Of a stretch of DNA of 64,000 nt, positions 47,351 to 57,620 are shown in pieces. Source of the stretch: an uncultured Alphaproteobacteria bacterium (GTDB lineage: Bacteria > Pseudomonadota > Alphaproteobacteria > Bin95). Under the pieces are notes generated by a model. The model did not search any database. It saw only the letters and a program-made list of their open reading frames with translations, and was not told the DNA's origin. The first letter of the stretch is position 1. Each line of letters starts with the position of its first letter. The translations under genes were made by a program, and so were the position numbers. The stretch is taken from contig CAXBDI010000001.1 in the NCBI GenBank assembly GCA_963974445.1, forward strand, positions 3,566 to 67,565, in the 5' to 3' direction.

Positions 47351-49186
47351 ATGCCCATGAGCATCCGCCTCCTGCCCGAAGTTCTGGTCAATCAAATCGC
47401 CGCCGGCGAGGTGATCGAACGCCCGGCTGCCGTCGTCAAGGAGTTGGTCGAGAACGCGCTTGACGCTGGCGCCTCGCGCATCGAGGTGACGATCCGCGAC
47501 GGCGGCAAGGCGCAGATTTCCGTGCGCGACGACGGACGTGGCGTGACGGCGGACGAGTTGGCGCTGGCAGTGCAGCGGCACGCGACCTCGAAACTGCCGG
47601 ACGACGACCTGGTCCATATCCGCACCCTCGGCTTTCGCGGCGAGGCGCTGCCGTCTATTGGCGCGGTGGCGCGGCTGTCGATAGTCTCACGTACGGCGGA
47701 TGCCGACGACGCCTGGTCTGTGGCGGTCGAAGGCGGGCGGGTCGGCGAGATCGCGCCGGCAGCCCTGACCCATGGCACGCTGGTGGAGGTGCGCGACCTG
47801 TTCTTCGCCACGCCGGCCCGGCTGAAATTCCTGAAGACCGCCCGCGTCGAAAGCGGCCAGGCGCAGGACCATTTGCGCCGGCTGGCGATGGCCTCACCCG
47901 CGGTCGCCTTCCACTTGCGCGATGAGACGCGGGACTTGCTGAAGCTGCCAGCCTGCGCCGGACCGGAGGCGCAGAAGGCGCGGCTTGCCGCCGTCTTGGG
48001 CCGTGATTTTGGCGCCAATGCCGTTCCGGTCTTGGCGGAGCGTGAGGGTTTGCGCCTCTCCGGCCAGATCGGCCTGCCGACCTATCACCGTGCCACCACC
48101 GCCAGCCAGTACCTGTTCGTCAATGGCCGGGCGGTGCGCGACCGGCTGCTGCTCGGCGCGCTGAAGGGCGGCTATGAGGATATGATCCCGCGTGGGCGCT
48201 ATCCCGTGGTCGCCCTGTTCATCGACGTGGATGCGGAGGCGGTGGACGTCAACGTGCATCCGGCCAAAGCGGAAGTACGCTTTCGCGACGCCGCGGCGGT
48301 GCGCGGGCTGCTGGTGGCCGGCGTGCGCCAGGCACTCGATGCGGCCGGGTTTCGGGCGTCGGCGACTGTCGGCGCGGCCACACTCGGCGCATTCCGACCG
48401 GGCGGTGGTGGCGGCGGTTCGGCGGGTGCTGGCAGCCTCGCCCACCTGTTCTCTCCGCAATACAGGGCGACGGCGTTGCCGCAGGCGGTGGCGGAGCAGG
48501 CCGCCGCGTTTCAGGCCCCGCAGCCGGTCGCCGGCAGCCCGCTGGCAGCCCCCGCCGCCGGTGACAACGTCGCCGATCTCGCGGGCGCCGGCACACCGCC
48601 TGAGGACTTCCCCCTCGGCGCGGCCAGGGCGCAGGTGCATGGCACCTATATCGTCGCTCAGACCGGCGATGGCGTCGTCATCGTCGACCAGCACGCCGCG
48701 CACGAGCGCCTGGTGCTGGAGCGCATGAAGAAGGCACTGGCGAACGGCGGCGTCGCCCGTCAGGCGCTGCTGCTGCCGGAGGTGGTGGAGTTGGAACCCG
48801 CCGCAGCCGACCGCCTGATCGACCGCAGTCACGAACTGGCTGACCTCGGCCTGGTGATCGAGGCGTTCGGCCATGGCGCTGTGGTGGTGCGGGAGACGCC
48901 GGCGCTGCTGGGCCATACCGATTGCGCTGGCCTGGTCCGCGATCTTGCCGACGAACTCGCCTCCTGGGACTCGACCCACGGCTTGCAGAATAGGCTGGAC
49001 GCAGTCGCCGGCACCATGGCCTGTCACGGCAGCGTCCGCGCCGGGCGCAGCCTCAACATGGCGGAGATGAACGCCTTGCTGCGCGAGATGGAGGTCACGC
49101 CCCACTCCGGCCAATGCAACCACGGCCGCCCGACCTATGTCGAGTTGAAGCTGGCCGATATCGAGCGGCTGTTCGCACGGCGGTGA
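47351..49186 (+). CDS. mutL: DNA mismatch repair protein MutL
   Basis: 611 aa; GHKL ATPase N-terminus (…[28 protein letters not shown]…), variable Ala/Pro linker, C-terminal dimerisation domain (…[11 protein letters not shown]…). Confidence 0.9.
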   Translation: MPMSIRLLPEVLVNQIAAGEVIERPAAVVKELVENALDAGASRIEVTIRDGGKAQISVRDDGRGVTADELALAVQRHATSKLPDDDLVHIRTLGFRGEALPSIGAVARLSIVSRTADADDAWSVAVEGGRVGEIAPAALTHGTLVEVRDLFFATPARLKFLKTARVESGQAQDHLRRLAMASPAVAFHLRDETRDLLKLPACAGPEAQKARLAAVLGRDFGANAVPVLAEREGLRLSGQIGLPTYHRATTASQYLFVNGRAVRDRLLLGALKGGYEDMIPRGRYPVVALFIDVDAEAVDVNVHPAKAEVRFRDAAAVRGLLVAGVRQALDAAGFRASATVGAATLGAFRPGGGGGGSAGAGSLAHLFSPQYRATALPQAVAEQAAAFQAPQPVAGSPLAAPAAGDNVADLAGAGTPPEDFPLGAARAQVHGTYIVAQTGDGVVIVDQHAAHERLVLERMKKALANGGVARQALLLPEVVELEPAAADRLIDRSHELADLGLVIEAFGHGAVVVRETPALLGHTDCAGLVRDLADELASWDSTHGLQNRLDAVAGTMACHGSVRAGRSLNMAEMNALLREMEVTPHSGQCNHGRPTYVELKLADIERLFARR

Positions 49187-49219
49187 AAGGCAGAGCCATA
49201 TCGATTGGAAACCCTTCCA

Positions 49220-49365
49220 TTTCTTCCCGGACTTGATCCGGGATCCATGCCAGAGCGGTTATTCCGAGTCCGGACTTGCACTTGGCTCTCAGGCGTGGAC
49301 CCCGGGTCAAGCCCGGGGAGGAGAGAAATGATGGATGGGTGGAGGACTTCAGTCCCGGGCTAAGG
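49220..49365. repeat. Cluster of REP-like palindromic units (CCCGGRCTTGAYCCGGG-type) downstream of mutL
   Basis: CCCGGACTTGATCCGGG, CCGGACTTGCAC, CCCCGGGTCAAGCCCGGGG, GTCCCGGGC in alternating orientation within ~150 bp; a related unit CCCGGACTTGAACCGG occurs near 54645. Confidence 0.5.
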
Positions 49366-49439
49366 CGCGATAGCCAGCGGCATCGCAGCTTTGTATGCTA
49401 GCGTCGAGAGGGATTTTTCAACGGGTGAGGAACGATCAA

Positions 49440-50354
49440 ATGACAGAGCGTCTCGGGTTTATCGGATTGGGCGCTATGGGCTTGCCGATGGCGAAGCGGC
49501 TGTTGGGCGGCGGCTATCCGCTGTTGGCCTTCGACCAGAACCCCGCAGCTCTGCAAGCTCTGGTCGATGCGGGCGCCGAGGCTGCGACCTCCATCAAGGA
49601 CGTGGCCGATCAGGTGGAATGCGTGCTGGTCAGCCTGCCGACGCCGGATGTGGTTAAGACGGTGGCGCTCGGCGAGGGCGGCGTTTGTACCGGCAGCCGG
49701 GTCAAGACCTTCATCGACCTGTCGACCACCGGCCCGCGCATGGCCGAAAGCATCGCCACCGGCCTGGCCGAGCACGGCATCACTCAGATGGATTCGCCAG
49801 TCTCCGGCGGCGTCGGCGGCGCGGAGAAGGGCACGCTGGCGGTCATGGTCGCGGGGCCGGAGGCGCTGTGGGACCGCTACCAGCCGGCGCTCGCCTATAT
49901 CGGCAAGCCCTTCTTCGTCGGCGAGACCCCCGGCCACGGCCAGATGATCAAGCTCTTGAACAACTACCTGTCGGCCACCGCCATGGTCGCGACGGCGGAG
50001 GCGTTCGTCGTCGGCGCCAAGGCCGGGCTCGACCCGGATGTGATGGTCGAGGTGATCTGCGCCGGCAGCGGCATGAACACGGCGGTGCGCGACAAGTTCC
50101 CGAAATCCATCCTGACCCGCAATTTCGACTACGGCTTCCGCACCGAGTTGATGCACAAGGACGTCAAGCTCTGCATGGAGGAGGCGGAGGCGCTGGGCGT
50201 GCCGATGTGGGTCGGCCAGCCGGTGAAGCAGTGGTGGTCGTACTCCCTGGCCCGCGGCGGCAACCAGGAGGATTTCACCCACATGGTACGCTACATGGAG
50301 GAGCAGGCCGGCGGCGTCGAAATCCGCTCGCGCCGCAACGCGCCCAAAGGCTGA
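49440..50354 (+). CDS. NAD(P)-dependent oxidoreductase, 3-hydroxyisobutyrate dehydrogenase (HIBADH) family
   Basis: ORF from 49395; ATG 49440 after GGTGAGGA; Rossmann motif GFIGLGAMG, HIBADH-family core. Confidence 0.75.
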   Translation: MTERLGFIGLGAMGLPMAKRLLGGGYPLLAFDQNPAALQALVDAGAEAATSIKDVADQVECVLVSLPTPDVVKTVALGEGGVCTGSRVKTFIDLSTTGPRMAESIATGLAEHGITQMDSPVSGGVGGAEKGTLAVMVAGPEALWDRYQPALAYIGKPFFVGETPGHGQMIKLLNNYLSATAMVATAEAFVVGAKAGLDPDVMVEVICAGSGMNTAVRDKFPKSILTRNFDYGFRTELMHKDVKLCMEEAEALGVPMWVGQPVKQWWSYSLARGGNQEDFTHMVRYMEEQAGGVEIRSRRNAPKG

Positions 50355-50481
50355 TGGCGGGCGAGCCGCATCGCGCGGCGCATGAGGACGACGACGCTCT
50401 GCCGTCGCTGGAGGCGGCGGCTGGATCGGCCTGCCATAGGCTGAGTGCGCTGGTTTGTGTCGGCGCTCACAAACAGTGGCT

Positions 50482-51144
50482 TCAACCGAGCAACCGCACG
50501 CGGATCTCCGCCGCCAACTCCTCCCAACTTTCAGCCTGGTGATGGGCCGTCGGAATGTGTCCCTGCAACGCCCGCAGCCGCGGATGGCTGGAGAAGTGCA
50601 GGCGGTGCACAGCCTCCGCATGTTCCGCTACGCTTTCGTGGTGGTGGCCGATATCGTCGATGAAGGCGGCGGGCGCCTGCACCTGCGCCGCCAGCATACG
50701 CACGGTAGGCCCCTTCAGGCCGGCGTTGGCGATGATCGGGTAGGCCATGCCGTTGCGTTCCAGGGCCCGGGCGCGGTCGTTGCGCTGCGCCAGCGGCAGG
50801 TTTGAGAGCACCAGCACCTGCACACCGTCGGCGGCCAGCGCCTCCAATGCCGCAGCGGCTCCCTCGACCGCCGGTATCGTCGACGTGCGTTCCTGGAAGA
50901 AGGTGTTGATCAGCAGCCGCACTTCGGCAGGCGAGAGCGCGCCGTCATCGCTGGGCCGGCGGATGTTGCCGGTCAGCGCGAACGACTTCCAGTCGTAATA
51001 ATGGCCCTGTTCCTCCACATAGCCGACGAACGCCGCCATGAAGTCGAACAGTACCTCGTCTGCGTCGGAGATCAGCAGGGGCCGGCCTGGGTCGAGGCGC
51101 AGTTCCGCCAATTGTGAGGCAACGTCTGGGTGCAGGTCACTCAT
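50482..51144 (-). CDS. HAD-superfamily hydrolase-like protein
   Basis: ORF to 51528 but first 128 codons Ala/Arg/Gly-rich; ATG 51144 (MSDLHPDVASQL…) gives 220-aa protein with HAD motif I-like LISDADEVL; start overlaps stop of DUF454 gene. Confidence 0.45.
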   Translation of the reverse strand: MSDLHPDVASQLAELRLDPGRPLLISDADEVLFDFMAAFVGYVEEQGHYYDWKSFALTGNIRRPSDDGALSPAEVRLLINTFFQERTSTIPAVEGAAAALEALAADGVQVLVLSNLPLAQRNDRARALERNGMAYPIIANAGLKGPTVRMLAAQVQAPAAFIDDIGHHHESVAEHAEAVHRLHFSSHPRLRALQGHIPTAHHQAESWEELAAEIRVRLLG

Positions 51145-51626
51145 GGTGTCCGATCTTTGGGAGTGTCGCGCTTGCGCGGGCCGTTTGGCCTGGTGGAAAT
51201 CCATACCGATACCGTCGCCAGGATCATGCCGATCAGCACCAGCCCCCAGAACGGCACCGCGCCGCGCTGCACCAGCCCGATCATCGCCAGGGTCATCGCC
51301 AGCACCGCCATGACCTTGGCCCAGAGCGGGATGGCGCCATGCTCCTGCCAATCGCGCAGCAGCGGCCCGAACATACGGTTGTGATAGAGCCATCCGTGCA
51401 ACCGCACGCTCGACCGGGCGAATGCCCAGGCGGCGACCAGCAGAAACGGCACCGTCGGCAGTAGTGGTAGAAACGCGCCGAGCGCCGCCAGCCCGACCGC
51501 CAGCCAGCCAATGCCAAGCAGCAGCCACTTTCCCGGCCCGGTGAGGGGTTTGGCCAAAGTGGTCAAGCCAAAGGCCGGGCTCTCATACAGACCGTCACTC
51601 GCCGTGACTTCCGAATACCTCGACAT
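51141..51626 (-). CDS. DUF454 (YbaN-like) inner membrane protein
   Basis: 161 aa; hydrophobic helices with YbaN-like core (…LLGIGWLAVGLAALGAFLPLLPTVPFLLVAAWAFARSS…). Confidence 0.6.
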   Translation of the reverse strand: MSRYSEVTASDGLYESPAFGLTTLAKPLTGPGKWLLLGIGWLAVGLAALGAFLPLLPTVPFLLVAAWAFARSSVRLHGWLYHNRMFGPLLRDWQEHGAIPLWAKVMAVLAMTLAMIGLVQRGAVPFWGLVLIGMILATVSVWISTRPNGPRKRDTPKDRTP

Positions 51627-52188
51627 ATTTCTCCGGCTCCGGCCGTTTTTTCGCCGGTACCTTGTCGGCTGGTGTGCCCAGGTAGAGGAAGGCGACGATG
51701 GCGTCCTCTTCCTTCAGCCCGAAAAACGCCTTCACCTTTGGGTCGTAGGCGTTGTCGCCGGTCAGCATGACGCTGCCATAGCCTTTGGCCTGCGCCGCCA
51801 GTTGCAGGGTCAAGGCTGCCTGCCCGGCAGAGACGATCTGCTCCAGATGCGGCACCTTCGGATGCGGTTTGGTGCGGGCCAGTACTGCGACGACAACGGG
51901 CGAGCGCATGGCTCGTTTGCGCTCGGCCTCCAAAGACTCTTCCGCGGCATCCGGCTTGCGGGCCTTCAGCGCATCGGCGAAGACCTCGCCCATCCGGGCC
52001 CGATCATCTCCGCGCAGCACGACAAAGCGCCAGGGCCGCACCGTGCCGTGATCCGGCACGCGGGTCGCGGCTTCGAACATTTCGGCCAAATCGGCATCGC
52101 TGGGGCCCGGCTCGGTCATGAACCGGGGCAGGGTCGAGGCGCGCTCTTTCAACAGGGTGAGGGCATCCATCGGCAGGCTCTCCTTCAC
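51595..52188 (-). CDS. Nitroreductase-family protein
   Basis: 197 aa; nitroreductase-fold sequence (…RPWRFVVLRGDDRARMGEVFADALKAR…, …AAQAKGYGSVMLTGDN…). Confidence 0.6.
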   Translation of the reverse strand: MKESLPMDALTLLKERASTLPRFMTEPGPSDADLAEMFEAATRVPDHGTVRPWRFVVLRGDDRARMGEVFADALKARKPDAAEESLEAERKRAMRSPVVVAVLARTKPHPKVPHLEQIVSAGQAALTLQLAAQAKGYGSVMLTGDNAYDPKVKAFFGLKEEDAIVAFLYLGTPADKVPAKKRPEPEKYVEVFGSHGE

Positions 52189-52285
52189 AAGCTTGGGTGT
52201 CGCGGCGAACAGAAGCGCCTATAATCGCCGGAAATGCGCGAAGGGCAATGCCGGCGCGCAACCGATAGCCGAGGACCCGCCGCCC

Positions 52286-53506
52286 GTGACTCAAATCGCA
52301 CCTCCGCAAGGCCCCATGAAGGGCGTTCGCGTCGTCGACCTGACCACCGTCATGTTCGGCCCCTACTGTACACAGATCCTGGGTGAGATGGGGGCCGACA
52401 TTATCAAGGTCGAGGGGCCGGAAGGCGATATCTCGCGCCAGGTCGGCGCGTCGCGCAGCCCGACCATGTCCGCGGCGTTCCTGATCAAAGGCCGCAACAA
52501 GCGCAGCCTCGTACTCGACCTGAAGCAGGAGGCGGCGCGGGACGCGCTCTATAAGCTCTGCGCGACCGCCGACGTCTTCATCCACAACATGCGGCCCAAA
52601 GCCGCCGCCCGCCTCGGCATCGCCTATGAGGACATCGCCCGCGCCCGGCCCGACATCGTCTACTGCAACGCCATCGGCTTCGGGCCGGAGGGGCCCTATG
52701 CGGACAAGCCGGCTTATGACGACCTGATTCAGGGCCTGTCTGGCCTCGCAGCCCTCACCGGCATGGTAACGGGTGAGCCGCGGTTCGCGCCGTCGGTGGT
52801 CGCCGACAAGACCAGCGGCCTGTTTGCGCTCTATTCGATCTGCATGGGCCTGTTCCATCGCGAGCGCACCGGCGAGGGCCAGCGCATCGACGTGCCGATG
52901 TTCGAGACCTTCGCCAGCTTCGTCATCAACGAGCATATGCAGGAGCGCTTCTTCGTGCCGCCGAAGGGCGAGGCCGGCTATGTGCGGCTACTGTCGCCCT
53001 ACCGCCGGCCGCACAAGACCGCGGATGGCTATATCTGCATGATGCCGTATTCGACCAAGCACTGGGTCGCCTTCTTCAATCTGGCCGGGCGCCCGGATTT
53101 GGCGGCGGACGAGCGCTTCCAGACCATGCCGGGGCGCACCAAAAATATCGGCGAACTGTATCAGCACCTCTCGGAGATCATGCCTACCCGCACCACCGCC
53201 GACTGGCTGGAAGTGCTGGCGGAGGCGGACGTGCCGTCCGCGCCGATGAACACGCCGGAAGACCTGTTCACCGACCCGCACCTGACCGCCGTCGGCATGT
53301 TCCCGGAAAGCGAGCACCCGAGCGAGGGCAGGGTGCGGCATATCAAGGTGCCGGTGACCTTCTCGAAAACGCCCGGCGGCCTGTCCCGCCACGCGCCCCG
53401 GCTGGGCGAGCACAGCCTCGAACTGCTGCGCGAGGCCGGACTTTCCGAAGACGAGATCGAGGATTTAGTCGCAAAACGGGCCACGAGCCAAGCGAACGCC
53501 TCGTAG
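52286..53506 (+). CDS. Family III CoA-transferase (CaiB/BaiF/Frc family)
   Basis: ORF from 52118; GTG 52286 after GAGGA gives MTQIAPPQGPMKGVRVVDLTTVMFGPYCTQILGEMGADIIKVE…, the canonical family-III N-terminus; alternative ATG 52316. Confidence 0.8.
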   Translation: MTQIAPPQGPMKGVRVVDLTTVMFGPYCTQILGEMGADIIKVEGPEGDISRQVGASRSPTMSAAFLIKGRNKRSLVLDLKQEAARDALYKLCATADVFIHNMRPKAAARLGIAYEDIARARPDIVYCNAIGFGPEGPYADKPAYDDLIQGLSGLAALTGMVTGEPRFAPSVVADKTSGLFALYSICMGLFHRERTGEGQRIDVPMFETFASFVINEHMQERFFVPPKGEAGYVRLLSPYRRPHKTADGYICMMPYSTKHWVAFFNLAGRPDLAADERFQTMPGRTKNIGELYQHLSEIMPTRTTADWLEVLAEADVPSAPMNTPEDLFTDPHLTAVGMFPESEHPSEGRVRHIKVPVTFSKTPGGLSRHAPRLGEHSLELLREAGLSEDEIEDLVAKRATSQANAS

Positions 53507-53578
53507 CACTTAGATGCTTTCGGCGTTGCGTGGCATTACAATGTGCGGGTTGGCAATGTGCGGCTTGCGATGACCTAA

Positions 53579-53613
53579 GCCAAAAAAACCAAAGTCACAG
53601 TGCGATTGTGACC
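53579..53613 (-). terminator. Rho-independent terminator for the PRC-barrel gene
   Basis: Minus strand reads GTCACAATCGCACTGTGAC hairpin followed by TTTGGTTTTTTTGG, 60 nt downstream of the gene's stop. Confidence 0.5.
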
Positions 53614-53678
53614 TTGGCCTTATCCTGCGGCCCGGGCGGCACGACACTGCCCGGACCGCAAAGCTTTGGATGCGTCGG

Positions 53679-54311
53679 CTACTGGTTTGCAGGCGCGCCC
53701 GAGCGCGGCGGAACAGGGTTGGCGCCCGTTCCCGTGTTTTGCCGGGCAGCGTTGCGCGCGCGCTCCGCTTCCTGCTCGCTCTTTATCGCTTCGACCGTGC
53801 GAAATTCCGGCATTTGCTTGAGTTCGTCAGCAGTCGCTGCAATATGGAGGGTCATACTGCCTTCGGAAGATTCCCGTTTCATGCTCTCCCATGGCAATCC
53901 GACCTGCTTACTGCCGATGCCGAGAAAGCCGCCCACCGACACGACTACGCTCTCAACCTTGCCATCTTTGTCAATTGCCAGATTTTTGACATTGCCAACC
54001 GCTTCGCCTTGATCGTTCACGACGCTCGATCCGATCAAGTCTCCGGCCAGAAACTGGCTAGGCCGCTGTTCGGTTACCGGCTGTACAGAGGCCGTTCCGG
54101 TCATGCCCGGCGTACCCGCTTTGCCAGCACCTACGTCCTTTTGGTCAGGCATCGCAGGCGTTTGCTTATCAGACTCCATTTGGCCCTGCGGGGCGGATTT
54201 ATTTTGAAGCTCTTGATCTGTCGCTTTTTCATTCTGAGCATACGCAGGCAGCGCAAGGCCCAGAGCGAGAGCCAAAGCAGAAGTCGTTGTTATTTTCTGA
54301 AGAGAGGTCAT
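53679..54311 (-). CDS. PRC-barrel domain protein, secreted
   Basis: 210 aa; signal peptide MTSLQKITTTSALALALGLALPAYA; …LAGDLIGSSVVNDQGEAVGNVKNLAIDKDGKVESVVVSVGGFLGIGSKQV… is a PRC-barrel motif; lower GC than neighbours. Confidence 0.6.
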   Translation of the reverse strand: MTSLQKITTTSALALALGLALPAYAQNEKATDQELQNKSAPQGQMESDKQTPAMPDQKDVGAGKAGTPGMTGTASVQPVTEQRPSQFLAGDLIGSSVVNDQGEAVGNVKNLAIDKDGKVESVVVSVGGFLGIGSKQVGLPWESMKRESSEGSMTLHIAATADELKQMPEFRTVEAIKSEQEAERARNAARQNTGTGANPVPPRSGAPANQ

Positions 54312-54871
54312 GACATCACTCCTGTTATGTTAGCCGCTCTACCCGCACATTTTGCGCGGTGCAGGCGGCCACCGGTCGCAAGATTGATCCGAGCAACCGT
54401 GGTAGCAGGTTACATCGTGAGACCGAAAACGCGTTTCAAGATAAGAAAATTAAAATGAAACAGAACTCGTCGCGTGGGTCTTTGGCCGCTATCGCCACTA
54501 CCTCACCTGCCGCAACCGTGTGGTCGATGTAGCCCGCTTTGGCATCCCGGCCGAGGCCGCGGTTGGCTTCGCCTGCATCGCACCCGCCAATCCTTCCTCT
54601 ATCGCGGAGGGATGGCGAGCGCCTTTCCGTCAGCATTCCCGCATTTCCCCGGACTTGAACCGGTATCCACGTCGAGAGGCGATGCCAAGCTGGCGATCTT
54701 TGCCTGAGCCCTGACAGACCGCGCCCTCTGCGGACGGTTGCTTGATTTGCATCAGTGTGCCCCTATCGCCGGCTGTGCGAGACTGGCGGCTGTCCCAAGC
54801 TACTGAATCCCAGTGGTTCGAACCATTCGGATGGTCGCGGTTCGTTGTGCGACCCTCATCATCTCTCCTGG

Positions 54872-54955
54872 CGTCATTGCGAGCCGACGGCGAAGCAACC
54901 CAGGAAATATTGCAACCGGCACAAGCGTTTATCTGGGTTGCTTCGTCGCCTGCGG
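54872..54955. repeat. Degenerate copy of a Bradyrhizobiaceae-type palindromic intergenic repeat (GTCATTGCGAGC…GAAGCAA…CCAG hairpin)
   Basis: GTCATTGCGAGCCGACGGCGAAGCAACCCAG – 29-nt loop – CTGGGTTGCTTCGTCGCC…GATGAC; 13-bp perfect inner stem; lies in a 734-bp non-coding gap. Confidence 0.45.
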
Positions 54956-55045
54956 CTCCTCTCGATGACGGCGGTGGCGTGTCGGCGACGATTCGGATAA
55001 GGACTCATTATGTTTCGCTCGCACCACTAGGCTAGAGCCGCAACC

Positions 55046-56392
55046 ATGACGCAACCGTCACCGGAAACGACGATCCAGGTTTCGCGCCAGCGCTTCAAGC
55101 TGCGGGTTTGGATCACCAGTCGACTTTGGGCGCAGGTCGTGGCCGGCATGGTGCTGGGCTTCGGCCTCGGCTTGCTGTTGAGCGACAGCACCGGCCTGAT
55201 ATCGCCGAAAATGGCGGAGCTGATCGGCCTCTGGCTGGCCTTGCCCGGCCAGATTTTTCTGGCCCTGATCGCCATGGTGCTGGTGCCGCTGATCTTCTCC
55301 TCGATCATTGGCGGCCTGAACGGCGCCGGCTCCGGCGCCGAATTGCGGGCGGTTGGGCTGCGGCTCGCCGGGTTTATCCTGATGACCACCGGCGCCGCTG
55401 CAGCCTCTGGCGTTGTCCTGGCGAAGTGGTTACAGCCGGGCGCGGCCTTGCGCACCTTCGCCAGCACCACGGTCACGCCGCCCGCCAATGGCGTCGCCGA
55501 GGGTCCGCCGGTCGAGGAGACGGTGCGTACTCTGCCAGACCTGATCGCCAACGTGCTGCCGACCAACCCCACCGCCTCCATCGTCCAAGGCGACATGCTG
55601 GCGGTGGTTGTGTTGGCGCTGTTGGTCGGTGTTTCCATCACGCAAATCGACCGCAGGCGCGCCGAGCCATTTCTGGCGTTGATGGACGCGTTTTTGTCGA
55701 TCTCGATGAATATCGTCAAATGGGCGATGTTCCTGGCGCCGTTCGCGGTCTTCGGCCTGATGGCGCAGTTGGTGATGCGCATCGGCTTCGAGACGCTGAT
55801 CGGCATTTCCGGCTATGTCGGAACCGTATTGCTGGGCCTGGGCCTGCTGTTCGTTCTGTATCTGGCGGTTGTCTGGCTGCTCGCCCGGGTCAGTCCGATG
55901 CAGTTCGCAGACGCGGCGGCCGGCAATCTGTTGCTGGCATTTTCGACCTCCAGTTCGTCCGCGGTGATGCCGGTCACCATCCAGACATCGCGCCGGCTGG
56001 GCGTGCCGGAGAGCATCGCCAACCTGGTCATTCCGCTTGGTGCGACGATGAACATGGCCGGCACCGCGCTCTACCAGGCGGTCGCCATTCTGTTCCTGGC
56101 GCAATTGGCGGGGGTGGAACTGACGACGACGCAAACTCTGGTGGTCACCGGCACACTGGTGGCCTCAAGCATCGGCGCGCCCGGCACGCCCGGCGTCAGC
56201 ATCGCCATCCTGATCAGCGTCGCCACCAGCATGAATATCCCGGTGGAGGGGATGGTCATCATCCTCGGCGTCGACCGGCTGCTGGACATGTGCCGCACCG
56301 TGGTCAACGTCACTGGCGATCTGGTGGCCGCGGTGCTGTTGCGCGATACCGCGGCGGTCGCCGACGATGGTGCGGTATCGACACACCCTTAA
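55046..56392 (+). CDS. Dicarboxylate/amino acid:cation symporter (DAACS family)
   Basis: 448 aa; 8+ TM helices and DAACS signature region (…AFSTSSSSAVMPVT…, …IPLGATMNMAGTALYQAVAILFLAQ…). Confidence 0.85.
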   Translation: MTQPSPETTIQVSRQRFKLRVWITSRLWAQVVAGMVLGFGLGLLLSDSTGLISPKMAELIGLWLALPGQIFLALIAMVLVPLIFSSIIGGLNGAGSGAELRAVGLRLAGFILMTTGAAAASGVVLAKWLQPGAALRTFASTTVTPPANGVAEGPPVEETVRTLPDLIANVLPTNPTASIVQGDMLAVVVLALLVGVSITQIDRRRAEPFLALMDAFLSISMNIVKWAMFLAPFAVFGLMAQLVMRIGFETLIGISGYVGTVLLGLGLLFVLYLAVVWLLARVSPMQFADAAAGNLLLAFSTSSSSAVMPVTIQTSRRLGVPESIANLVIPLGATMNMAGTALYQAVAILFLAQLAGVELTTTQTLVVTGTLVASSIGAPGTPGVSIAILISVATSMNIPVEGMVIILGVDRLLDMCRTVVNVTGDLVAAVLLRDTAAVADDGAVSTHP

Positions 56393-56601
56393 TAAGATCA
56401 ACCAGTTACAGATGCGACTGGTTTCTCGATAGTCCGGATGTGCAACAGAAAATATCGCAATCAAGAGGCTGGAGCCCAAAAGCACTCCCATATTGACGCC
56501 TGTCATTATCAGACAGATTGTATGTGTTACAAACTGGCGCGCTGCCAAATGTTCGTCCCAGAGTATCTCTGCCGTATACGGGAATCGAAAGAGTGAGGGA
56601 T

Positions 56602-57366
56602 ATGGTCAATTTCTCCGGTCAATCTGTAACGAACATCATACCAAAAGAAAAGAGTACGGCGTTAGTTCAAAAGTTAGGCGGTCTTGTATCGTTATCGGAG
56701 AAAGAAATCTCGTTTCTGAAGAGCTTGCAGCGCAATACATTCAGTGTAGAAAAAGGCGGTGAGTTCATCCGTGATGGGGAAACATGGGATAAAACTTTCA
56801 TCCTTCAGAAGGGTTGGGCGATCCGATACGTCATTCTCAGTTCGGGTCGGCGGCAAATTTTGGGATTTGTACTGCCCGGCGATATTCTGGGCCTCCACAT
56901 CAATTTTTGCAGGACAGCATCGTATTCTGCCTCAGCCCTGACGCCCATCCAACTCGCGGTAGTGGACCCGGCCGGGATAATGGAGATTTGCGAGAAATAC
57001 CCGCTCCTCGGCGCCGGCCTCAACTGGTGTACCGCGCGCGAGTTCGCGATTCTGGGCGATCACGCGGTGCGGCTCGGACGCATGTCCGCGCTGGAGCGTC
57101 TGGCGCATCTCTTCTTGGAGCTTTGGTATCGAGCCGATTTGGTCGGGGAGATAAAGGGCGATTGGATGGCGCTACCGATGACTCAGGAAGATCTGGCGGA
57201 TACACTGGGGCTTAGTTTGGTCCATCTGAATCGGACACTCCGCAAAATGCGGCATGAGAATTTGATATCTCTCGTGAAGCATCATGTCAGATTAAATAAC
57301 ATCGAAAAATTAATGTCCATGACTGAATTCAATACGAGCCATTTAGAGGAATTTAGCACATCATAG
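56602..57366 (+). CDS. Crp/Fnr-family transcriptional regulator
   Basis: ORF from 56518; ATG 56602 after GAGGGA; cNMP-binding-like domain then HTH (…QEDLADTLGLSLVHLNRTLRKM…); AT-rich 5' half. Confidence 0.8.
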   Translation: MVNFSGQSVTNIIPKEKSTALVQKLGGLVSLSEKEISFLKSLQRNTFSVEKGGEFIRDGETWDKTFILQKGWAIRYVILSSGRRQILGFVLPGDILGLHINFCRTASYSASALTPIQLAVVDPAGIMEICEKYPLLGAGLNWCTAREFAILGDHAVRLGRMSALERLAHLFLELWYRADLVGEIKGDWMALPMTQEDLADTLGLSLVHLNRTLRKMRHENLISLVKHHVRLNNIEKLMSMTEFNTSHLEEFSTS

Positions 57367-57371
57367 CCAGA

Positions 57372-57620
57372 TCATTTAAGTTTTACAGAATTTCCATTCA
57401 CCATAAGAATTTTTAATTTTTCGGCAACCCTCTTGTTTATTATGTCGCCGTAATCGCAGTAGGCGGTTTGGTGGGCGTCGATGGCGGCATAAAAAGCTTC
57501 ATCGACCTCATCGCCGGACAAAACGCCTTTTTCCATGAGTTGCAGCAGCAGCGCTTCGACCAAACTGAGCGCACTGATTCCAGCGACCGCTGCATCCGCG
57601 CCGGTATCCGACTTGATCAT
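57372..57620 (-). CDS. Small hypothetical protein (82 aa), convergent with the Crp/Fnr gene
   Basis: ORF to 57671; ATG 57620 with GGAGG at -6 (MIKSDTGADAAVAGISALSLVEALLLQLMEKGVL…); acidic, helical; no recognised domain; low GC. Confidence 0.4.
   Translation of the reverse strand: MIKSDTGADAAVAGISALSLVEALLLQLMEKGVLSGDEVDEAFYAAIDAHQTAYCDYGDIINKRVAEKLKILMVNGNSVKLK

Noticed and set aside
46109-47617. 502-aa minus-strand ORF antisense to pgi (and 47894..49123 antisense to mutL)
   Set aside because: Antisense to conserved housekeeping genes; Arg-rich.
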